The translations under genes were made by a program, and so were the position numbers. A DNA stretch of 64,000 nucleotides from assembly GCA_035763685.1 (NCBI GenBank), contig DASUAR010000218.1, forward strand, positions 240 through 64,239. The letters are read 5' to 3'. The notes below the pieces were generated by a model. It worked only from the letters and a program-made list of their open reading frames with translations, was not told the DNA's origin and searched no databases. Of this stretch, positions 58,835 through 64,000 are shown in pieces (positions within the stretch are counted from its first letter, which is position 1; the number at the start of each line of letters is the position of its first letter). This stretch comes from Actinocrinis sp. GTDB lineage: Bacteria > Actinomycetota > Actinomycetes > Streptomycetales > Catenulisporaceae.

Positions 58835-60094
58835 GTGGCGCCACAAACTCGGGACCGCGCACCGCGGGGACAGGGCACGGACGTCACCGACAGCCGCCCC
58901 GGGAACGGCGGCGCGGCGGTGGCGGCGCAAGCCGCGGCAGGGCAGCCCGGGATACGACCTAATCCGGCCGCGGCGAAACGGCCCGCGGCGCAACAGGCTG
59001 GAGCGAGACAGGCTGTGGCGAAGCAGGCCGCGACGCAGAGGTCAGCACTCGGATCCGCCGCGCTACCCGGCGCGGCGGAGAACGCCGGGCCGAGCACACT
59101 CACCCTGTTGATCCGGCAGCGACGCACCCGATCACACCTGCGGCACCTGCCCAAATGGACCGCGCGCCGGCCCGAGCCGTTCGGTATCGGCGGCCTGCAC
59201 TGGCTTCCCTCGCCCACCGGCTCGCGCGATCCGGCGCTGTTCCTGCACGGCGGCCGCAGCACCATCCTGGCCGTCGCCGAGATCTCCCCCGGCGTGCTGC
59301 GCGGACCCGACGCCGGCGATCTCGGCGCGCGGCTCGGCGAGGTGCTGGTGGCTGGCGCCGCCGGCCCGGTCCCGCTGACACGGCTTCAGGTGCTCTGCCA
59401 GGTGCCGGGTCCGGCCGGTCGCACTCGGGCGTACGCCGTCGCCGGTTTGGCGTACACGCCGGAGTTGGTGAATCAGGCGGCCCGGTTCGCGCAGGGCGAG
59501 CGCGGTCTGACCACGATCGCCGCTCAAGCGATGGCCGAGACGTTCGGTCGGCTCGGCTCGACCGGGACCGCGGGCGCGCGGCTCGGGCCGCTGGTCCCGC
59601 TGGACCGCGCCGCGGTGGTCTCGCTGCTCGGCGCGCTCGCGCTGCCCGGCCGCGGCATGCTCGGACCGCGCCATGGCGAGAACCCGTGGCAGCCGACCGA
59701 GATCGACGCCACCGCCCCGCGCAGCGTGGCGATTACCGGCCCGGTCGGACCGGCTCGGCAGCCGGCGACGTGGTGGCACGCGACCGGATGGGTGAAGCGG
59801 TGGCCGCGCGCTGTGGGCGGGGTGGACGCGGCCTCCTGCGCGGCGTTCCTGCCGCCGGGCGTGAGCGGCGCGGCCTCGATCGTGGTCGGCATGGCCGGGC
59901 CGGCTGGTGACCGCGGCCCGGCGATCACCGGCTACGTGACCGTTTCGGGGCACGACGCGGCCGAGGTGGAGCTGGCCCGGGTCGCCACCCACGCGGCCGC
60001 CGAGGAGCGCGAGGGTTTCGTCGAGTTCTGCGACCGGCGGCACCATCTGGCCTTCGCGTACACCCTGCCGCTGGCCCTCGGCCTGCGCGGCTGA
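58835..60094 (+). CDS. EccE-like type VII secretion component without clear N-terminal TM helices
   Basis: RLQVLCQ, WHATGWVKRWP, ITGYVTVSG and TLPL tail resemble the EccE cytosolic domains; start uncertain. Confidence 0.62.
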   Translation: MAPQTRDRAPRGQGTDVTDSRPGNGGAAVAAQAAAGQPGIRPNPAAAKRPAAQQAGARQAVAKQAATQRSALGSAALPGAAENAGPSTLTLLIRQRRTRSHLRHLPKWTARRPEPFGIGGLHWLPSPTGSRDPALFLHGGRSTILAVAEISPGVLRGPDAGDLGARLGEVLVAGAAGPVPLTRLQVLCQVPGPAGRTRAYAVAGLAYTPELVNQAARFAQGERGLTTIAAQAMAETFGRLGSTGTAGARLGPLVPLDRAAVVSLLGALALPGRGMLGPRHGENPWQPTEIDATAPRSVAITGPVGPARQPATWWHATGWVKRWPRAVGGVDAASCAAFLPPGVSGAASIVVGMAGPAGDRGPAITGYVTVSGHDAAEVELARVATHAAAEEREGFVEFCDRRHHLAFAYTLPLALGLRG

Positions 60095-60102
60095 ATATTG
60101 CC

Positions 60103-60162
60103 GCAACCAGAGGTTGCGCATCCCGGCCGCACCGCCTAGAGTCGCATGCAACCAAAGGTTGC
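60103..60162 (+). promoter_or_regulatory. Promoter with two ArsR-type operator palindromes
   Basis: GCAACC-N3-GGTTGC at 60103-60117 and 60148-60162; TTGCGC (60114)-N17-TAGAGT (60137). Confidence 0.8.
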
Positions 60163-60181
60163 GAGACAGAGGCGGCAGGCC

Positions 60182-60655
60182 ATGGAGCTGGAGTACGGCA
60201 GCATCGACCGGGAGATCCACATCGACGCCACGCCCGAGGTGGTCTACGAGGTCATCAGCACCCCCGCGCACCTTGAGCAGTGGTGGCCGGACGAGGCACA
60301 GTTCACCGCGGCGCCCGGCGCCACCGGTGTCATCTCCTTCGGCGATGACTCGGCGCCGGACGTCCACGTCGCGGCGGTCACGGTCGTCGAGACCGACCCG
60401 CCCCGGCGGTTCTCCTTCCGTTGGACCTACGACGAGGGCGAGGCCGCGACGCCGGCCAACTCGCTGCTGGTGACCTTCGACCTGATCCCCTCGGGCACGG
60501 CGGGCACGCTGCTGCGCTTCTCCGAGTCGGGATACCGGGAGAAGGGCTGGGAAGCCGCGGTGCTCGAAGAGACCTACCTTGACCACTCCAGCGGCTGGGA
60601 CTACTTCCTGCCCCGCCTCGTCACCTACGTCGCCCGGCTGGTGTCGACGCGGTGA
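60182..60655 (+). CDS. SRPBCC/AHSA1-like protein
   Basis: IDREIHIDATPEVVY, PPRRFSFRW, GWDYFL. Confidence 0.9.
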   Translation: MELEYGSIDREIHIDATPEVVYEVISTPAHLEQWWPDEAQFTAAPGATGVISFGDDSAPDVHVAAVTVVETDPPRRFSFRWTYDEGEAATPANSLLVTFDLIPSGTAGTLLRFSESGYREKGWEAAVLEETYLDHSSGWDYFLPRLVTYVARLVSTR

Positions 60656-61011
60656 GCACTCAAGCGGGCGCGGTAAGCACCGCCATAGACGACGAACTGT
60701 GGTCGGCCGTGGGCGACCCAACCCGGCGCCGGATGCTCGACCTGCTGCTGTCCGGCGGCGGCGGCAGCGCGACGACGCTGAGCGAACAGCTGCCGGTCAC
60801 CCGGCAGGCGGTCGCCAAGCATCTCGCGGTACTCGACCGGGTCGGCCTGGTCCACGGCGCGCCTTTCGGACGCGAACGCCGCTACGAGGTCGATGAGGCC
60901 CAGCTCGCCCGAGCGGTCGCCCAGCTGGCGTCGGTCGGCGCCGCCTGGGACGCCCGGCTGCGCCGGATCAAGCAGATCGCCGAGGCGATCCAGCGCACCA
61001 AGGATTCCTGA
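60652..61011 (+). CDS. ArsR/SmtB-family regulator (SdpR-like)
   Basis: GDPTRRRML, VTRQAVAKHLAVL, WDARL. Confidence 0.92.
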   Translation: MSTQAGAVSTAIDDELWSAVGDPTRRRMLDLLLSGGGGSATTLSEQLPVTRQAVAKHLAVLDRVGLVHGAPFGRERRYEVDEAQLARAVAQLASVGAAWDARLRRIKQIAEAIQRTKDS

Positions 61012-61103
61012 CCACAAACGCACGAACGCGCGCCGCCACGCCGGTGGCGGCGGCGATGAGTCCTGCCCGAATCCGGGCACCGAAACGAGAAAGAGGCACC
61101 GAA

Positions 61104-61544
61104 ATGGTGGACATCCTGCACAGGATCGGCGTCACCTCCTCCCCCGACGAGGTCTACGCGGCCTTGACCACGGTCGACGGGCTGGCGGGCTGGTGGACGC
61201 AGGACACGGTCGGCGACGGCGCGGTCGGCGGCGTGCTCAAGTTCCGCTTCGTGCCCGGCGGCTTCGACATGAGGGTCCTGGAGACCCGGCCCGCCGAGCT
61301 CGTGCTCTGGGAGGTCGTCGAAGGGCCCGCGGAGTGGGTCGGCACGCGGGTGCGCTTCGAGCTCAAGCAGGAGGACGGCTTCACCATCGTGCTCTTCCGG
61401 CACGAGGGCTGGGCGGAGCCGGTGGAGTTCATGTACCACTGCAGCACCAAGTGGGCGACCTTCCTGATGAGCCTGAAGCGGATGATCGAGACCGGCAAGG
61501 GCGAGCCCGCGCCGAACGACGTCCAGATCAGCAACTGGCACTGA
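61104..61544 (+). CDS. SRPBCC/AHSA1-like protein
   Basis: AAAGAGG RBS; DILHRIG, GLAGWW, WATFLMSLK. Confidence 0.9.
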   Translation: MVDILHRIGVTSSPDEVYAALTTVDGLAGWWTQDTVGDGAVGGVLKFRFVPGGFDMRVLETRPAELVLWEVVEGPAEWVGTRVRFELKQEDGFTIVLFRHEGWAEPVEFMYHCSTKWATFLMSLKRMIETGKGEPAPNDVQISNWH

Positions 61545-61581
61545 GGCCTCAGCCCGGACCGCGCGGCAGCCCGGCAGCAGC

Positions 61582-62508
61582 TCAAGCGCGCCGCTTCGGC
61601 ACCGGAACACGCATGAGATCCTCGGCGACGCGCAGCTCGCCGCTGTAGTGCTCGCGTGCCTCCCGGTAGAACGCCACCGGATCCCGGTAGCGCCGGGAGA
61701 AGTGGGTGAGCACCAGCGAGCGCACCCCGCACTCAGTCGCCACCTGCGCCGCCTGAGCGGCCGTCAGGTGCCCGTAGTCGGCGGCGAGCTTCGCGTCGGC
61801 AGCCAGAAAGGTCGACTCGATGATCAGCATGTCGACGCCTTGGGCGAGTTCGTAGACGCCGTCGCACAGGCGCGTGTCCATCACGAACGCCACCGACTGC
61901 CCCGGACGCAGCACACTGACCTCCTCAAGCGTGATCGTGCGCCCCTCGTGCTCCAATGCACCTCGCAGTTGCAGCTCGCCGACCGCCGGCCCGCTGAGCC
62001 CCGCCGCGGCGAGACGATCGGGCACGAGGCGGCGCACGTCCGGCTCGGTCAGCCGGTAGCCGTACGCGTCGATGCCGTGGTCGAGGCGTGCGGCGGTCAG
62101 CCGGCCGAAGCGCTCGTCGGCAAGAACGGCGCGCTCCCCCTGCACCGGCTCCTCGGCAGGCTCCTCGCGCAGCACCTTCTCCGCGTAGTCGGGGTAAAGC
62201 CAGCGCAGCCGCGCGAAGGACTCACGGCCGGACGCGGGGTAGTGGCAGTGCACCAGGTGTTCCACGCCGTCGAGCGCTATCCGGGAGAGCACGCCGGGCA
62301 GGCCGAAGCAGTGGTCGCCGTGAAAGTGGGTGACGCAGATGCGGGTGATGTCGTGGACGGAAACGCCCGCGAGCGTCATCTGCCGCTGCGTTCCCTCGCC
62401 GGGATCGAACAGGAAGCCCTGGTCGTCCCAGCGCAGGAAGTAGCCGTTGTGGTTGCGGGCACGCGTCGGGACCTGGCTCGCCGTGCCCAAGACCACCAGT
62501 TCGCGCAT
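61582..62508 (-). CDS. rnz: Ribonuclease Z
   Basis: [37 protein letters not shown]; TAGTCT 6 nt before ATG suggests leaderless mRNA. Confidence 0.92.
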   Translation of the reverse strand: MRELVVLGTASQVPTRARNHNGYFLRWDDQGFLFDPGEGTQRQMTLAGVSVHDITRICVTHFHGDHCFGLPGVLSRIALDGVEHLVHCHYPASGRESFARLRWLYPDYAEKVLREEPAEEPVQGERAVLADERFGRLTAARLDHGIDAYGYRLTEPDVRRLVPDRLAAAGLSGPAVGELQLRGALEHEGRTITLEEVSVLRPGQSVAFVMDTRLCDGVYELAQGVDMLIIESTFLAADAKLAADYGHLTAAQAAQVATECGVRSLVLTHFSRRYRDPVAFYREAREHYSGELRVAEDLMRVPVPKRRA

Positions 62509-62573
62509 ATTCGAAGACTAACGGCGGTAAACCTGACGGTGCATCGGATTACTCTGTGTGTGGCGTGGAAACG

Positions 62574-63998
62574 TCAGAACAACGAGCTGAGCGCGGTTCC
62601 GTCCGGCGAGCCGAGGCCGGTGCACGCGTCCCAGCCGGGGCCGGCCCGGTACGCGCCGTTGCTGCCCTCGGTCACATCCCGGAAGCCCTGTTGTGCGACG
62701 CCCGGCGCGATGTTGGCGTAGAGCGTCGGTTGCAGCAGGCCGAGCGGCTTGCCGTTGCGTTGCGCGAGCCGGCACACCAGCGCGGCCCACAGCGGCGCTA
62801 CCGCGCTGGTCCCGCCGACGACCCCGGACTGGCCGTCGACATAAATCTGATAGCCGGTCTGCGGGTCGGCATTGCCGGCCACGTCAGGCACTCCGCGGCC
62901 AGAGGCCGGGACTCCCGCGTTCGCCTGCCAACTCGGCGTGGTGAAGGAGGTCGAGACGCCGCCGCCGGTCGCGCCGCCGCCGCTGCCGTCGTTCCACACG
63001 GTCTCGGCGCTGATCGTGCCCGAACCGTCGAGGACCAGCCGGGTGCCGCCGCAGCCGAGCACGTGCGGGCTGGCGGCCGGGAAATCGCAGTGCGGCGCGC
63101 CGTCCGACTCGTTGTCGCTCGAGCCGTTGTCGCCGGAGGCGGCCAGCACGGTGACTCCGAGCGCGATCGCGTCCGCGCAGGCCTGGTCGAGCGCGTCACG
63201 GGCCTGCGCGGTCCAGGAGTCCTCCGGCCCGCCCCAGCTGATCGAGATCGCCGCCGGGGTCGGGGTGGCGTGCGCGGCGGCGGTCACCGCGTCGACGAAG
63301 CCCTGGTCGGTGTTCGGCGCGAAGTAGACGACCTGGGCCGCGCCCGGGGCCAGGGCCCCGGCGACCTCGACGTCGAGCAATACCTCGCCGTCCGCGCTGT
63401 TCGGGTCGCCGGTCGGGCTGTTCGAGCCGCCGTCCACCGGCACCGCGGTGACCGAGGGCGTGCTCAACCCGAGTCCGCCGAAGTAGGTGTCCAGGTCGCT
63501 TTGCGCGTAGCCGCCGCCGAGCTCGATGATCGCGAGGGTCTGGCCGGAGCCGTCGTACTGGGCCGGGAAGTCGTACGCCGCGCCGACCTGAACCGCCGAG
63601 TACGAGGTGGCCGGCGCCGCCGCGCGCGCGAACCGGAAATATGCGCGGGCCTGCGGGCGGTTGTCGATGCCGAGGACCGCGGTCACCACTCCGGAGAGCG
63701 CGTTCGGCAGGTTCAGCTGCCCGGTTCGGTAGCGGTGCACTACTCCATCCGGGGAGAGCGGAAACGGGCTGCGCACGAGCGAGACGGAGGTGCCGAATGC
63801 GTCGGCGAACGCTGACACGGCGCCCTGCGCCACGATCCGGCGCGCGCCGGGATCCGCGTCGATCACGTCGATCCCGTGCCTGGCCAGGGTTTCCCGGACA
63901 TGCTCGACGTCGTCGAGGTCCGCGCCGTACTGGGTGCGCAGATCCTCCCGGGTCAGCCGGCGCAGGCCGGCCGAGACCTCGGCGGGCAGATTTTGCCG
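62574..63998 (-). CDS. S53 sedolisin/kumamolisin-like acid serine peptidase; 5' end lies beyond the window
   Basis: EVLLDVE, SISWG, ASGDNG, RGVPDVA, GGTSAVAP, GWDACTGLG. Confidence 0.94.
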   Translation of the reverse strand, partial: RQNLPAEVSAGLRRLTREDLRTQYGADLDDVEHVRETLARHGIDVIDADPGARRIVAQGAVSAFADAFGTSVSLVRSPFPLSPDGVVHRYRTGQLNLPNALSGVVTAVLGIDNRPQARAYFRFARAAAPATSYSAVQVGAAYDFPAQYDGSGQTLAIIELGGGYAQSDLDTYFGGLGLSTPSVTAVPVDGGSNSPTGDPNSADGEVLLDVEVAGALAPGAAQVVYFAPNTDQGFVDAVTAAAHATPTPAAISISWGGPEDSWTAQARDALDQACADAIALGVTVLAASGDNGSSDNESDGAPHCDFPAASPHVLGCGGTRLVLDGSGTISAETVWNDGSGGGATGGGVSTSFTTPSWQANAGVPASGRGVPDVAGNADPQTGYQIYVDGQSGVVGGTSAVAPLWAALVCRLAQRNGKPLGLLQPTLYANIAPGVAQQGFRDVTEGSNGAYRAGPGWDACTGLGSPDGTALSSLF

Positions 63999-64000
63999 AC

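Overview
High-GC actinobacterial chromosome segment. HpnH, a G1 glutamic peptidase, an S53 sedolisin and KdpDE suggest an acidophilic soil actinomycete of the Actinospica/Catenulispora type (inference). About 45 protein genes; I recognised no rRNA, tRNA, CRISPR array or transposase. Main blocks in order: hpnH tail, secreted protease and SpoIIE phosphatase; an accessory island (about 4.1-12.4 kb, enriched in TTA codons) with two convergent STAND/NB-ARC-TPR genes around a TagF-fold phosphotransferase-like gene; pepP with an EF-hand/bestrophin-like gene pair; a MITE-like element; yczE/MocR; a 645-bp non-coding inverted duplication; a DasR-boxed chitinase; SAM-MTase/XRE/DUF397; a glnX-glnH-pknG operon extended by PP2C, vWA and FHA genes; a NRAMP-like transporter with a long leader behind orphan kdpDE; starch enzymes; an XRE-TPR/WhiB pair; SPFH/ABC/pip; a LysM-BTAD, MinD-like and EccE-like trio; SRPBCC/ArsR; rnz; sedolisin. 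The best candidate for an undescribed system is the island: one NLR-like protein starts with an amyloid-like (BASS-type) motif, and an unannotated 44-aa signal-peptide ORF lies upstream. All family calls come from reading motifs by eye; no searches were run.
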